Assembly: GCA_963822925.1 (NCBI GenBank)
Contig: CAWGJN010000006.1
Span: 78,910-142,909 of the forward strand
Origin: an uncultured Gemmatimonadales bacterium
GTDB lineage: Bacteria > Gemmatimonadota > Gemmatimonadetes > Gemmatimonadales > GWC2-71-9
DNA: 64,000 nucleotides
Direction of reading: 5' to 3'
The notes below the pieces were generated by a model. That model was not told the origin of the DNA. It was given only the letters and a program-made list of their open reading frames with translations, and ran no database searches. Positions 12,342 to 23,545 of this stretch are shown here, piece after piece. The translations under genes were made by a program, and so were the position numbers. Numbering within the stretch: the first letter of the stretch is position 1; the number at the start of each line of letters is the position of its first letter.

Positions 12342-12898
12342 AGGCGATCGACCCGCAGGTCGCACGCGGGATCCGCCTTGTGGTACTCGACGTCGATGGG
12401 GTGCTCACGGACAATGGCCTGTACGTGGGCATGTCCGGGGACGCGGCGGTCGAACTCAAGCGCTTCGACGTTCAGGACGGACTCGGCCTTCACCTGCTTC
12501 GCATCGCACGCATTCCGGTGGCGCTGCTGAGCGGACGGTTCTCCGCGGCAACTCGCATTCGTGCGGCCGATCTGGGCATTACCGACGTGATCCAGGATCC
12601 GTCGGCGAGCAAGGTCCCGCGACTGCAGGAGCTGCTGGATCAGCAACGCATCGGGTGGGGCGAGGTGCTGTATGCGGGTGATGACCTGGCCGACGTGCCG
12701 GTCCTGATGCGGGTAGGCCTGCCGGTGGCCGTGGCGAACGCCGTGGCGGAGGTGCGGGCCGTCTCCGCGAGGGTGACGGAGCGCTCTGGCGGAGCCGGCG
12801 CGGTCCGCGAACTGGTCGAGGCCCTCCTACGGGCTCGAGGAGAATGGGACCGTACCCTTGCCGAGTACTACCGTGAGCGCGGTGGCGACACCACCTGA
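12338..12898 (+). CDS. kdsC: Kdo-8-phosphate phosphatase (HAD family)
   Basis: GTG 12338 forms a GTGA overlap with the kdsA stop. The HAD motif LVVLDVDGVLTDNGLY and the GDDLADVPV motif are present. The longer track ORF from 12254 overlaps kdsA. Confidence 0.8.
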
Positions 12899-13844
12899 AT
12901 CCCTGCTGGCCGCCGGCCGGCGTGTCCTCGAGCTGGAGGCCGCCGAAGTGGCCGCCGCTGGGCGGCGGCTCGACGCCCGCTTTGCGCGGGCGGTCGAGTT
13001 GCTGGCGGTGCGCCGGGGACGGGTCATCGTGTCCGGTGTCGGCAAGTCAGGGCTCGTCGCGCGGAAACTGGCCGCGACGCTCACCTCCACCGGTACGCCG
13101 GCCACCTACCTGCATCCGGTGGACAGCCTGCACGGTGACCTCGGGATCGTGGGCAGCGAGGATGTTGCCATCGTGCTCAGCAAGAGCGGCGAATCGAGCG
13201 ACCTCGATGGCCTGCTCGCATCGCTCGAGCGGAAGGGCGTGCCGATCATCGCCATCACCGGCGCGCCGGGTTCGTTCCTGGGACGGGTGGCCACGGCAGT
13301 GCTCGACGCCACGGTGAGCGAGGAAGCTTGCCCGCATGACCTCGCGCCCACGTCGAGCACCACGGTGGCCATGGCGCTCGGCGATGCCCTCGCCGTCGCG
13401 CTGCTGGTGGAAAAGGGGTTCCGGCCGCAGGACTTCGCCGAACTGCATCCCGGCGGGCGCCTCGGGCGCCGGCTGTTGGTGCGGGTGAGCGACGTGATGC
13501 TGCCGCCGCAGGGAATGGTGGAGCCCGAAACGCCAATGCGCGAGGTCATCGTGCAGCTGGCGCGGCATCGCGGTATCGCCCTGGTGAGCCGGGATGAGCA
13601 CCTCCTCGGCGTCTTCACGGCCGGAGACCTGACCCGGCTGGCCGAGCGCGAGCGTGATTACTTCGCGTGGCCCGTGGAACAGGTCATGACCGACACGCCG
13701 CATAGCTGTGGGCCCGACGATCTCGGCGCCGCCGCGCTCGGGTTCATGGAGCGCAAGGGCATCATGGCGCTGCCGGTACTCGACGAGGATGTGATCGTGG
13801 GCGTGGTGCACCTGCACGACCTGATGCGGGCAGGCGCGGTATGA
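12858..13844 (+). CDS. kdsD: arabinose-5-phosphate isomerase (KpsF/GutQ family; SIS domain plus 2 CBS domains)
   Basis: SIS motif VSGVGKSGLVARKLAATLTSTGTPA and a C-terminal CBS pair. The start is ambiguous: TTG 12858, GTG 12873 or GTG 12882. Confidence 0.85.
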   Translation: MPSTTVSAVATPPESLLAAGRRVLELEAAEVAAAGRRLDARFARAVELLAVRRGRVIVSGVGKSGLVARKLAATLTSTGTPATYLHPVDSLHGDLGIVGSEDVAIVLSKSGESSDLDGLLASLERKGVPIIAITGAPGSFLGRVATAVLDATVSEEACPHDLAPTSSTTVAMALGDALAVALLVEKGFRPQDFAELHPGGRLGRRLLVRVSDVMLPPQGMVEPETPMREVIVQLARHRGIALVSRDEHLLGVFTAGDLTRLAERERDYFAWPVEQVMTDTPHSCGPDDLGAAALGFMERKGIMALPVLDEDVIVGVVHLHDLMRAGAV

Positions 13845-14416
13845 GCCACATCGCGCGGCGCTGGGCGCTGGCGGCACTCCTGGGCTGCACCGGCTTCGTG
13901 GCCTGCAACGAGAACGGCGCCAGGCCCAGCACGGTGGTCGCGGCCTCGGACTCGGCCGACCAGGTGCTCTATGGCTTCGTGCATTACCTCACGCGCAACG
14001 GCGTCCGCGAGGGACAGGTGGAGGCGGACACGGCGTTCTTCTACGACCCGACGCAGACCACGTTGCTCAAGAACATGAAGCTCGTCTTCATCGACAGTGC
14101 CGGAAACGAGAACGCGACCATCACCTCGCGGATCGGTACGTACAAATGGCAGACTGGCGACATGACGGCGGACAGCAATGTCGTGCTCCGGTCGCGTGAC
14201 GGTCGGGTGCTCAAGAGCGAGCAGCTTGTCTATGACGCGGCGAAGAAGGAGCTGAAGACTCCGCTCGACTTCACGTTCGACAATGGCGACGATCACGTCC
14301 AGGGCAAGGGGTTCCGGTCCGACCTCAAGTTCGAGCACATCGTCGTCAACAAGCCGGTCGGCACCGTCTCGCAGGGGTTCCTCATTCCCGGCCAGGCGCC
14401 GCCGGACTCGACATGA
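13841..14416 (+). CDS. lptC: LPS export system protein LptC-like
   Basis: 191 aa with an N-terminal anchor or lipobox-like segment (LLGCTGFVAC) and a beta-jellyroll-like body. It lies between kdsD and lptA with an ATGA overlap at each end. Confidence 0.65.
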   Translation: MSHIARRWALAALLGCTGFVACNENGARPSTVVAASDSADQVLYGFVHYLTRNGVREGQVEADTAFFYDPTQTTLLKNMKLVFIDSAGNENATITSRIGTYKWQTGDMTADSNVVLRSRDGRVLKSEQLVYDAAKKELKTPLDFTFDNGDDHVQGKGFRSDLKFEHIVVNKPVGTVSQGFLIPGQAPPDST

Positions 14417-15831
14417 GGAGAGTCTTCTTTGCGCTGCTCCTGCTCGCCGGTACCGCGGCGCAGCTCGCCGCCCAGGATACGAAGAAGTGCCGCTTCCGCA
14501 TCACCTTCGTGGGTGACAGCGGGCGGCAGGTGCCCACCATTCAGGGTTCGGACTATTTCGCCGGCGGCGGGGTGATCATCGTCTGCGAAGGCACCTCGAT
14601 CTCCATGAAGAGCGACAGCGTCGCCGCGTACGGTGGGGCCAGCGTGGTACAGTTCATCGGGAACGTGCACTACCGCGACTCGACCGTCACCATGGATGCC
14701 GACAACGGCACCTACTACAAGGACGGCGAACGGTGGGAGGCCCGGGGCAAGGTGCACACGGTGAACCTGGCCACCGGATCCACGATGGATGGTCCGAGCC
14801 TGGACTACCTGCGGGCGGTGAAGGGAGTGCGGGACACTGTCGAGACCTACTCTATCGGCCGCCCCACCATTCGCTACATCCCCAAGGACACGACGGGGGG
14901 CAAGGCGGAACCCTACGTCATCGTGGGCGACCGGGTCCGCCAGAAGGGCGAGAACCAGGTGTGGGCCGGGGGGAAGGTCACCATCGACCGCAGCGACCTG
15001 AGTGCACGGGGCGACTCGCTCTGGCTCCGCACTGGCAAGGATGGGCAGGGATCGATGATCGGCAGCCAGCCGACGCTCAAGGGATTCGGGAAGGATACCT
15101 TCGATCTTGCCGGGCAGCGGATCGACTTCACGCTCGACGAGAAGGATCTTACCGGCATCATCGCGATCGACAGCGCCCATGCGGTCACGGGCGACGTCGA
15201 CCTGACCGGCGACACCGTTGCGATCGCGCTGAAGGAGAAGAAGGCCGAGCTCACGCGGGCATGGGGTCGTACGCGGCGGCCTGTGGGCCTGGCTGGCGAC
15301 TACGAACTGCGGGGTGATTCTCTCGCCATCGACACGCCGAAGGGTATCCTCAGCGAGGTGCGTGCTTTCTTCCGGGCCTGGGCGGGCACCAAGCCTGATT
15401 CAGGCACGGGTGAGCGCGACTGGGTGGCGGGCGACACGGTCATCGTCAGTTTCGTCGAAACCGACTCCGCCGGAACAAAGAAGACCAAGGTGCGGCAACT
15501 CGAGGCAATGGATAGTGCCCGATCGTTCTATCGGGCGATTGAGAAGGGAAAGTCCGCCGACAGCGCGAAGAAGAGCCAACCGTCGCTCAACTATGCCCGG
15601 GCGGACCGCATCGTCGTGCGCATGGCGACGAGCGGCGACGAAGGCATGGAGCGGGTGGACCTCTTCGGCCATGTGGACGGGATTCAGCTCGAGCCAGGCG
15701 CGGCGAAGCCGCCCGCGGTGCCGACGCAGGGCGGCGCGCCCAACGCGACTCTTGGCGCTCCCGTGGCGCCCGTGGCACCGGTGGTACCCGCCGCGAGTGA
15801 CAGTTCCGCCCCGGTCAGTCCGTCGCCGTGA
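14413..15831 (+). CDS. lptA: OstA/LptA-family periplasmic LPS transport protein, unusually long
   Basis: Signal peptide [21 protein letters not shown], OstA-like beta-strand repeats, and a C-terminal Pro/Ala-rich tail. It lies between lptC and lptB. Confidence 0.6.
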   Translation: MRRVFFALLLLAGTAAQLAAQDTKKCRFRITFVGDSGRQVPTIQGSDYFAGGGVIIVCEGTSISMKSDSVAAYGGASVVQFIGNVHYRDSTVTMDADNGTYYKDGERWEARGKVHTVNLATGSTMDGPSLDYLRAVKGVRDTVETYSIGRPTIRYIPKDTTGGKAEPYVIVGDRVRQKGENQVWAGGKVTIDRSDLSARGDSLWLRTGKDGQGSMIGSQPTLKGFGKDTFDLAGQRIDFTLDEKDLTGIIAIDSAHAVTGDVDLTGDTVAIALKEKKAELTRAWGRTRRPVGLAGDYELRGDSLAIDTPKGILSEVRAFFRAWAGTKPDSGTGERDWVAGDTVIVSFVETDSAGTKKTKVRQLEAMDSARSFYRAIEKGKSADSAKKSQPSLNYARADRIVVRMATSGDEGMERVDLFGHVDGIQLEPGAAKPPAVPTQGGAPNATLGAPVAPVAPVVPAASDSSAPVSPSP

Positions 15832-16625
15832 CGGCGCTCGAGGAACGCGCGGTGGTGGGTGCCGTCAGCACGGCATCGCTCGTGGAAGGGGTGGGTCTCA
15901 GCAAGAGCTTCCGAGGCCGGCGGGTGGTCGACGATGTCTCGGTATCATTGCGCCAAGGCGAGATCGTGGGGCTGCTGGGTCCCAACGGGGCGGGGAAGAC
16001 CACGACGTTCTACCTGCTGGTCGGCCTGATTCGGGCGGAGACCGGGCGGGTGGTGCTCGACGGGACCGACATCAGCAAGTGGCCGATGTTCAGGCGGGCC
16101 CGCCACGGCATCGGCTACCTGTCGCAGGAGCCGTCGGTCTTCCGCAAGCTGACCGTCGAAGAGAATGTCCGGGCGATCCTCGAGCGGCGTGGACTCCCGC
16201 GGGCAGAACAGGCGGTGGTGCTCGAACGGATGCTCGAGGAGCTCTCTATCAGCCATCTGCGGCAGAACCCGGCGTATTCCCTCAGCGGCGGCGAGCGGCG
16301 GCGTCTGGAGATCACCCGGGCGCTGGTGAGCGAGCCGAAGTTCATGCTGCTCGATGAGCCGTTCGCCGGCGTGGACCCGATCGCGGTGCATGACATCCAG
16401 AGCATCGTCGCCGGCCTGCGGCACCGGGGCATCGGCGTGCTGATCACCGATCACAACGTCGAGCAGACGCTCGACATCGTCGACCGGGCCTACATCATGA
16501 GTGAGGGTCGCGTGGCGAAATCCGGCACGGTGAAGGAACTCGTGTGCGATGAGGAAATCGCGCGCCTCTACCTTGGTCCCACGCTTACGGCGCGTCTGCG
16601 GGCGCGCTGGGGGGGCTGTCCATGA
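15828..16625 (+). CDS. lptB: LPS export ABC transporter ATP-binding protein
   Basis: Walker [10 protein letters not shown], signature [11 protein letters not shown], Walker B MLLDEP. GTGA overlap with lptA and ATGA overlap with rpoN. Confidence 0.9.
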   Translation: MTALEERAVVGAVSTASLVEGVGLSKSFRGRRVVDDVSVSLRQGEIVGLLGPNGAGKTTTFYLLVGLIRAETGRVVLDGTDISKWPMFRRARHGIGYLSQEPSVFRKLTVEENVRAILERRGLPRAEQAVVLERMLEELSISHLRQNPAYSLSGGERRRLEITRALVSEPKFMLLDEPFAGVDPIAVHDIQSIVAGLRHRGIGVLITDHNVEQTLDIVDRAYIMSEGRVAKSGTVKELVCDEEIARLYLGPTLTARLRARWGGCP

Positions 16626-18199
16626 GAACCGGGCTGTCACAACAGACCTCGATGCGCCAGGAGCTGCGGGTCAACCCGCGGCTCTACCAGGCCATGGACA
16701 TGCTCTACATGCCCATGATGGACCTGCAGCAGCACCTGAAGCAGGAGCTGCTCGCCAATCCGTTCCTGGAGCTGCTGGAACCGGAGGAAGACGAGAACCC
16801 GGAGCAGGCCGATACCAAGCAGGAGAAGGAACAGCAGCAGAAGGATGATGAAGTGGACTGGGAGGAAATCCTCCTGAACGGCTTCGACGTGGGTGGCACG
16901 CGGGAGCAGTACGAGCAGCTGGAGTACACCGAACCGGTGACGGTCGAGGCGACCACGCTGGCCGATCACCTGCAGGACCAGTTGCAGATGCTCGACCTCA
17001 CCCCCAGGCAGCAGCTGCTCGCGGAAGAGTTCGTCGGGAACATCAACGACGACGGCTACCTGGCGGCGTCACTCGAGGAAATTCTCGACTCGGTCAACAG
17101 CCTCATGGCCGCGCATCATGCCGCGCGCAACGGAGGCAGCAGCGACGAGGAGGAGGACGAGGAGGAGGGGTTCACCGAGATCCTGGAAGAGGCGCCCGAT
17201 GCGCATCCGGCGCACGCCGCACCGGAAGAAGCCGCAGCGGCCCGTCCCTCGTGGGCCGACCTCCCGCCCGAGCTGCTCTACACCGTGGCCGACCTGGAGC
17301 AGATGCTGGCAATCATCCAGCGTCTGGACCCGCCCGGCATTGGGGCGCGCGACCTGCGCGAGTGCCTGCTGCTGCAGCTGCGCGAGGCCAAGGACGCGCC
17401 GGCCCTGACCCACCGGCTGGTGGACGAAGCCTTTCCCGACCTCATTGCCCACCGGTGGAATGACCTGGCGAAGCGCTTCGGCGTGGATCCGGGTGCGGTA
17501 CAGCAGGCGGCCGACGAGCTGGCTCGATTCGACCCGAAGCCCGGCCTCAAGCACGCCGACAAGGGCGATTCGTACATCCTGCCCGACCTGGTGGTCGACA
17601 AGATCGATGGTCAGTACAAGGTCTTTCTGAATGACACCGGCGTGCCCCGGCTCCGGCTGAGCCGTTCCTACCAGGAGATTGCGCGCGACAAGAAGAAGCT
17701 GACGCCGGAGAACCGCGAGTTCATCGCGCAGAAGATGAACAGCGCCAACTGGATGATCCAGGCGATCGAGCAGAGGCGCCAGACCATGCTCAAGGTCATG
17801 AACTTCATCGTGGACCGGCAGCGCGACTTCTTCGAGAAAGGCGTTGAGTTCCTCAAGCCGCTCACGCTGCGCGAGGTGGCCGAGGTCATCAACATGCACG
17901 AATCCACGGTCAGCCGGGTCACGAACGAGAAGTACGTGCAGACGCCGCGCGGCGTGCTCCCGCTCAAGTTCTTCTTCTCCAGTGCCCTCTCCACCTCCTC
18001 CGGCGAGGATGCCAGTGCGCGGAGCATCCGGGCGAAGCTCGAGAAGATGGTGGCCGAGGAGGATCCCAAGAAGCCGCTTACCGACCAGCAGATCGTCCAC
18101 CTGTTCCAGGAGCAGGGCATCCAGATCGCGCGCCGCACCGTGGCCAAGTACCGCGACCAGCTGGGCATCCTGCCGGCGCGGATGCGCAAGCGGGTATGA
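16622..18199 (+). CDS. rpoN: RNA polymerase sigma-54 factor
   Basis: N-terminal region I ([29 protein letters not shown]), an acidic region II, the [15 protein letters not shown] and the RpoN box ARRTVAKYR. Confidence 0.95.
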   Translation: MRTGLSQQTSMRQELRVNPRLYQAMDMLYMPMMDLQQHLKQELLANPFLELLEPEEDENPEQADTKQEKEQQQKDDEVDWEEILLNGFDVGGTREQYEQLEYTEPVTVEATTLADHLQDQLQMLDLTPRQQLLAEEFVGNINDDGYLAASLEEILDSVNSLMAAHHAARNGGSSDEEEDEEEGFTEILEEAPDAHPAHAAPEEAAAARPSWADLPPELLYTVADLEQMLAIIQRLDPPGIGARDLRECLLLQLREAKDAPALTHRLVDEAFPDLIAHRWNDLAKRFGVDPGAVQQAADELARFDPKPGLKHADKGDSYILPDLVVDKIDGQYKVFLNDTGVPRLRLSRSYQEIARDKKKLTPENREFIAQKMNSANWMIQAIEQRRQTMLKVMNFIVDRQRDFFEKGVEFLKPLTLREVAEVINMHESTVSRVTNEKYVQTPRGVLPLKFFFSSALSTSSGEDASARSIRAKLEKMVAEEDPKKPLTDQQIVHLFQEQGIQIARRTVAKYRDQLGILPARMRKRV

Positions 18200-19152
18200 C
18201 GTTCACACCGGCCACCCACGTGGACGTGAGCGTCCTCGTGCCGGCCAAGGACGAGGTCGAGAACCTGCCCGAATTCGCCCGGTTGTGTGACGAGGCGCTG
18301 CGGGGAGCGCCGTTCACAGCCGAGGTCGTCGTGGTGAACGACGGCAGTCGCGATGACAGCGCCGAGGTCCTCCGCGACCTCATGGCCCGCTACCCGTTTT
18401 TACGGGTAGTGAACCACCGGGTGCAGCGGGGCATTGCCGACGCGCTGCGGTCCGCGAGCGACGTGGCCCGCGGGGACGTGTTCGTGTTCTATCCCGCCGA
18501 CCTCCAGTACCTCCCGGAGGACATTCCGGCGCTGGTGGCGCCAATCCTCGCCGGCCACGCCGACGTCGTGACCGGCACCAAGCAGGGCCAGTACGACAAG
18601 GCCTTCGTCTCCGGTGTGTACAATGGCCTCTGTCGCTGGCTTTTCGGCGTCACGGTCACGGACATGAATTCCGTGAAGGCATTCCGGCGACAGGTCATGG
18701 ACCACGTGCCGCTCCGCCCCGACTGGCACCGCTACATGGTGGTGATCGCCGCCGTCGACGGGTTCCGGCTCGACTCGCGCCCGGTGCCGCTGCATCCACG
18801 GCGTCATGGCGTTTCCAAATTCAACTGGCGCCGCATACCGGTGGGCGTCATCGACCTCATTTCGGTGTGGTTCCAGCTGCGTTTCGGGCGGAAGCCGATG
18901 CTCTTCTTCGGGCTCGGTGGCGCGGTGCTGTTCCTTGTCGGCCTCCTGGCCGGCATCGCGGCGCTCGTGCTCCGGTTCGGGTTTGGCTACGGATTCCGGC
19001 CCCTGCTGAACCTGGTCGAGACGATGGTGATCTGCGGCGTGGTCCTTTTCGGATTCGGCTTCGTAGGGGAGCTGATCGCCGGCATGCGGGAGGAAAACCG
19101 CGCTCTCGTGCGGGAACTCGCGCGCCGGTCCCAGGGCGATCCGCGGGACTGA
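18196..19152 (+). CDS. family-2 glycosyltransferase, GtrB/ArnC/CsbB-like, with C-terminal TM helices
   Basis: VLVPAKDEVENLPEF...VVVVNDGSRDDS GT-A fold motifs, plus two C-terminal hydrophobic helices (MLFFGLGGAVLFLVGLLAGIAALVL; MVICGVVLFGFGFVGELIAGM). Confidence 0.8.
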   Translation: MTFTPATHVDVSVLVPAKDEVENLPEFARLCDEALRGAPFTAEVVVVNDGSRDDSAEVLRDLMARYPFLRVVNHRVQRGIADALRSASDVARGDVFVFYPADLQYLPEDIPALVAPILAGHADVVTGTKQGQYDKAFVSGVYNGLCRWLFGVTVTDMNSVKAFRRQVMDHVPLRPDWHRYMVVIAAVDGFRLDSRPVPLHPRRHGVSKFNWRRIPVGVIDLISVWFQLRFGRKPMLFFGLGGAVLFLVGLLAGIAALVLRFGFGYGFRPLLNLVETMVICGVVLFGFGFVGELIAGMREENRALVRELARRSQGDPRD

Positions 19153-19154
19153 CC

Positions 19155-20300
19155 GTGCGGGTCGTGTTCCTCACCCACAACTTCCCCAGGTTTCCGGGGG
19201 ACGTCTCCGGGAACTTCCTGGTGCCGCTCGCGCACGGCTTGCAGGAGCGCGGGGTGGAGGTTGTGGTGGTGGCTCCGTCCGATGCGGGTGACGTTGGGCC
19301 TGCGCAGGTGGAGGGAATTCCCGTGCGCCGGGTTCGCTACGCCCAGCCGCAGAACGAGACGCTGGCGTATCGTGGTACCATGATCGACGCGGTCCGGATG
19401 CAGGGCGGACTTCGCGCGCTCTGCGGATTGTGGCGGGCCATGCGGCGGGCCGCCCAGGCGGAGCTCTCGGCTGGGGCGCATCTGGTGCATGCCCACTGGT
19501 GGGTGCCGGGTGGACTGGCCGCGCCGGTCGGTGCGCCGCTCGTTCTCACCATCCACGGCACCGACGCGCGCCTGCTGCAGCGGTCGCGCCTGGCCCGCAC
19601 CGTGGCCCGGCCGCTCTTCCGGCGAGCCCGCGTGATCACCACCGTGTCGAATCCCATCGCCACCACCATTCAGGAATCGCTCGGCACCTTCATAGATCCC
19701 CAGCGGGTACAGCCAATGCCAGTGCCGCTGGCCGACGACCGATGGACCACCGGCGGTGCGGGACTCATGGTGGTATCGCGGCTCACACCACAGAAGCGGG
19801 TACACCTCGCGCTCGAGGCACTGGCTTGCCTGCGCGACCTCGATGTCCGGCTGCCTCTCACCATCATCGGCGACGGCCCGGAGCGCGCAACCCTGGAGCA
19901 GCGCGCCGTCGCGCTCGACCTCTCCACCCAGGTGACGTTCGCGGGAGGGCTGCCGCGCGCCCGGGTGCTCGACCTCCTGTGCCGTGCCGACCTCATGATC
20001 TTTCCTGCCGAGGGCGAGGGTTTCGGGTTGGTGGCGGCCGAAGCGCTGATGCGCGGTGTCCCGGTGGTGTCGTGCTGGGATGGGGGCGGGGTGCTCGACG
20101 TCGTGCCGGAGCACGGTGCTGGCCGCCTGGTCATCCCCTCCGGCGAGGCCATCGCGGATGCGGCGCTGGGGTTGCTGCAGGACCCCGATACGCCGAACCT
20201 GGCGCGACGAGCGGGGGCAGAATGGCGCCATAAGCTCTCGCCAGCCCGGGTGGCGGAGGTGTGCGAGGGATGGTACCGCGAGGCATTGCGCCGTGAATAA
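19155..20300 (+). CDS. family-4 (GT-B) glycosyltransferase
   Basis: GTG 19155 lies 3 nt after the stop of the preceding gene. The N-terminus VRVVFLTHNFPRFPGD and the C-terminal EGFGLVAAEALMRGVPVV motif are present. The upstream part of track ORF 18867.. overlaps the GT2 gene. Confidence 0.8.
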   Translation: MRVVFLTHNFPRFPGDVSGNFLVPLAHGLQERGVEVVVVAPSDAGDVGPAQVEGIPVRRVRYAQPQNETLAYRGTMIDAVRMQGGLRALCGLWRAMRRAAQAELSAGAHLVHAHWWVPGGLAAPVGAPLVLTIHGTDARLLQRSRLARTVARPLFRRARVITTVSNPIATTIQESLGTFIDPQRVQPMPVPLADDRWTTGGAGLMVVSRLTPQKRVHLALEALACLRDLDVRLPLTIIGDGPERATLEQRAVALDLSTQVTFAGGLPRARVLDLLCRADLMIFPAEGEGFGLVAAEALMRGVPVVSCWDGGGVLDVVPEHGAGRLVIPSGEAIADAALGLLQDPDTPNLARRAGAEWRHKLSPARVAEVCEGWYREALRRE

Positions 20301-21213
20301 GGCGTGGAGAGTCGTGCGGTTGGTGCTCGGGGCAGGGCTGGTTGCTCTCGCGCTCCGGCAGCTCTGGCACGCCTGGACCGATGCACAAGCGGCACCCATC
20401 GAGTGGCACATCCGGCCGCTGCTGCTCCTCGGCAGCGCGCTCCTGACCTGGGCCATGTATGCAGTACTCATCCTGGCCTGGCGCGGACTCGTCACGGCTT
20501 GGGGCCAGTCCATGACCCTCCGCTCGGCCAGCCGCATCTGGATCGTGTCGAGCCTCGGCAAGTACCTGCCCGGCAAGGTCTGGGCAATAGCGGGGATGGC
20601 CGTGATGGCGGGACAGGTGGGAGTGGCCCCATGGGTTGCCACCGGCGCCGCGGTGCTCAACCAGGCGCTGTCGATTGCGGCTGGGGCAGTGGTGGTTGGC
20701 GTCACGGGGACGTCCCTGCTCGAGACGCAGTATCCCTGGATCCGCATGGCTCTCGCGATCCTGCTTGGTGCGAGCATCGCCGGGATCCTGTTCCTCATGT
20801 GGCCTGGTGCCGTGCAACGAGTGCTCGCCCTGGCGCGGGTCAAGGCAGGGAAGCCGGTGGCGCCCACCCCGCTCTCGCTCGCGCTGGCAGCGACGGCCAA
20901 CATCGTGGCCTGGTGCGGTTACGGCGCGGCGCTGTGGGTCCTCGCGCATGCGGTACTCGATCAGGCGCCCACGCTCGCGCAATGCATCGGTGCGTTCGCC
21001 GCGTCGTACGTGGCGGGGCTGGTTGCGGTCGTGGCACCGGCGGGACTCGGCGTGCGCGAGAGCGTGTTCATCCTGATGTTGCAGGGGTCGCTGGGTGCGC
21101 CGGCGGCCGCGGCGCTGGCGATCGCGTCGCGGGTCATGTTGACGATCACCGAGGTGGGGGCCGCCGTACCCTTCCTCCTTACTTCGCGGGAGCATGTGCG
21201 TGTCGCACCCTGA
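20293..21213 (+). CDS. flippase-like (LPG_synthase_TM / UPF0104) integral membrane protein
   Basis: GTG 20293 overlaps the GT4 stop by 8 nt. It is polytopic, with SLGKYLPGKVWAIAGM and APAGLGVRESVFILML motifs typical of the MprF flippase-domain family. Confidence 0.65.
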   Translation: MNKAWRVVRLVLGAGLVALALRQLWHAWTDAQAAPIEWHIRPLLLLGSALLTWAMYAVLILAWRGLVTAWGQSMTLRSASRIWIVSSLGKYLPGKVWAIAGMAVMAGQVGVAPWVATGAAVLNQALSIAAGAVVVGVTGTSLLETQYPWIRMALAILLGASIAGILFLMWPGAVQRVLALARVKAGKPVAPTPLSLALAATANIVAWCGYGAALWVLAHAVLDQAPTLAQCIGAFAASYVAGLVAVVAPAGLGVRESVFILMLQGSLGAPAAAALAIASRVMLTITEVGAAVPFLLTSREHVRVAP

Positions 21214-23545
21214 GCAGTCGCCCCCCATCGGCTTCGAGCCGCGGCGCCCTCTCGTGGTCGCTACGCTGGTCTTCGTCGTAGCGATGCTGACGCTGTACTG
21301 GCCGATGCTGGCCGGAAAGTTCGTCTACGGCAGCGACCAGTTGGTCGCGGGCTATGCCTTCCGCCATTTCGGGGCGGAGTTCTTCAAGGCACATGGCCGG
21401 ATCCCGGAATGGAATCCCTACATCTTTGGCGGCATGCCGTTCATCGCGGCAATGCACGGCGACATCTTCTATCCCTCCGCATGGCTGCGCTGGTTCCTCG
21501 CCGAGGACCTGGCCATGACGCTGGCCTACGCGGCGCACCTCGTGCTCGCGGGCCTTGGCATGTACGCATTGTTGCGCGCGCTCAAGGTGAGTTGGACTGG
21601 GTCGGTGGTGGCCGGCGTATCCTACGAGATGAGTGGCATCCTGGCCTCTCTGGTGAGCCCCGGCCACGACGGCAAGCTCTTCGTCTCGGCCCTGGCGCCA
21701 TTCTTCTTCCTCGGCCTCCTGCGGGCGGTTCGTGACGGCAAGCTGAGCGGATACGGCTGGGTCGCCATCATCACGGGCCTATGCATGGTCAGCCCACACT
21801 ACCAGCTCACGTACTACATGCTGGTGGCGGGGGGACTGTGGACGCTCTACCTCGTCTTCTGGGCCGAGGATCGCCGGCCAGGGCTGCGCTGGCCGGTGAC
21901 GCTGGCGGCGAGTTTCGGCGCCGTGGTGCTGGGAATCGCGATGTCGGCGATCCAGGCGATGCCCTTCCTCAGCTACCTCCCGTATGCCGCCCGCGGTGCT
22001 AACCAGGGGTGGGAGTACGCCACCGGGTTCGCGTTTCCGGTGGAAGAACTCATGACCACCTTCCTGCCGCAGTTCAACGGCGTGCTGAATTCGTACTGGG
22101 GACAGAACTTCTTCAAACTGCACACCGAGTACGTCGGTGCCGTTGTCATCCTGCTGGCGATTCTCGGTCTGGGCGACCGGACTCACCCGCGCCTGAAGTG
22201 GGCGCTGCTGACAATCGGGGGATTGTTCCTGCTCATCGCCTTCGGAGGGCACACGCCTTTCTATCGGCTCTGGTACGAGGTGATGCCGCTGATGAAGAAG
22301 GTGCGAGCGCCGGGAATGGCATTCTACCTCGTAGCACTGGTGACCTGCGTGTTCGCGGGACTCGGCGTTGATCGGCTCCTCCGCGGCGGAGTGCCCAGGC
22401 GTACCGCGCTCGTCGGCGCCGCCGTGCTGGGCGTGATCGCGCTACTGGGGGCTGCTGGTGCGCTGCAGAGCATGGCCGAGTCGATCGCGAAGACAGAGAT
22501 GGCGGCGCAGGTGACCGGAAATGCCGGGGCGTTGCAGGGCGGGGCCGTGCGCCTGCTCGCCGTGCTGCTCGCGGGTGGCGCGATTATCTGGGCGATCGCG
22601 GCCGGGCGCCTCAAGGGCGCCCCGGCCGCTGCGCTGCTGGTCCTCGTGACCGTGACCGACCTGTGGAGCGTGGACCGGTTGTTCTTCGACTGGAACCGGC
22701 CCGCCCGCGAACTGTTCGCGGACGATCCGCTCATCGCACGCATGCGCGAGGCGCCGGCACCGTTCCGGGTCATGAATGTGCCGGGCGCCCAGGGCGTGTA
22801 CCAGGGATCGACCCTGATGGCGCACGACATCCAGCAGGTTTTCGGGTATCACGGCAACGAGGTGCGCTTCTACGACGAACTGTGGGGCGGCAAGAATATC
22901 TGGAGCAATGTCGGCAACCCGAATCTCTGGGACTTGCTCGCTGTCCGTTTCCTTCTTCTTCCGCAGGAACTCCCGGTCGCCGGTTTCCACCAGGTCGCTG
23001 GCCCAGTGGCTGTGGCCGGCGGTACTCCGGCGTATCTGCTCGAGCGCGACAGCGTGGCCCTCTATGCCCGGGTTGTGGGCGCCGCGGCCAAGGTGCCGGA
23101 GGCACAACTCGTACCGACCGTGCTCGACCAGCGCTTTCCCGTCAGGGACCTGGTTCTGTTCTCCGATACGGCGTCGGTACAACCGGCGGCGATTGCGGGG
23201 GGACAGCTGCCGCCCCGGCCGGCGATCGACGCGAAGGTGTCGCAATGGGAAGCGGGCCGCATGACGATCAGTCTGACAGGCCAGTCGCCCGCGCCCTCCT
23301 GGCTCCTGATCTCGGAGACATGGTATCCCGACTGGTCTGCTGCAGTGGACGGGAAGTCCGCTACGGTACTCCGCGCCGACAACGCGCTGCTGAGCGTGGA
23401 ACTGCCGCCGGGGGCGAAAGAGGTTGCCTTCGTGTTCAGCTCGGCGTCCTACCGCACCGGAAAGATGATCACGCTGTTCGCGTCGCTCATCGCACTGGCA
23501 CTGATCCTCATCCCGGCGTTCCGCTCTCGGAGGCAGGATGCCTGA
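21194..23545 (+). CDS. large polytopic membrane protein, YfhO-like GT-C glycosyltransferase candidate
   Basis: 783 aa with about 12 or more TM helices in the N-terminal two-thirds, a soluble C-terminal domain and a terminal TM. Its N-terminal region (YGSDQLVAGYAFRHFGAEFFKAHGRIPEWNPYIFGGMPF) resembles that of YfhO-family proteins. The family assignment comes from memory of the motif and was not confirmed by a search. Confidence 0.55.
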   Translation: MCVSHPEQSPPIGFEPRRPLVVATLVFVVAMLTLYWPMLAGKFVYGSDQLVAGYAFRHFGAEFFKAHGRIPEWNPYIFGGMPFIAAMHGDIFYPSAWLRWFLAEDLAMTLAYAAHLVLAGLGMYALLRALKVSWTGSVVAGVSYEMSGILASLVSPGHDGKLFVSALAPFFFLGLLRAVRDGKLSGYGWVAIITGLCMVSPHYQLTYYMLVAGGLWTLYLVFWAEDRRPGLRWPVTLAASFGAVVLGIAMSAIQAMPFLSYLPYAARGANQGWEYATGFAFPVEELMTTFLPQFNGVLNSYWGQNFFKLHTEYVGAVVILLAILGLGDRTHPRLKWALLTIGGLFLLIAFGGHTPFYRLWYEVMPLMKKVRAPGMAFYLVALVTCVFAGLGVDRLLRGGVPRRTALVGAAVLGVIALLGAAGALQSMAESIAKTEMAAQVTGNAGALQGGAVRLLAVLLAGGAIIWAIAAGRLKGAPAAALLVLVTVTDLWSVDRLFFDWNRPARELFADDPLIARMREAPAPFRVMNVPGAQGVYQGSTLMAHDIQQVFGYHGNEVRFYDELWGGKNIWSNVGNPNLWDLLAVRFLLLPQELPVAGFHQVAGPVAVAGGTPAYLLERDSVALYARVVGAAAKVPEAQLVPTVLDQRFPVRDLVLFSDTASVQPAAIAGGQLPPRPAIDAKVSQWEAGRMTISLTGQSPAPSWLLISETWYPDWSAAVDGKSATVLRADNALLSVELPPGAKEVAFVFSSASYRTGKMITLFASLIALALILIPAFRSRRQDA

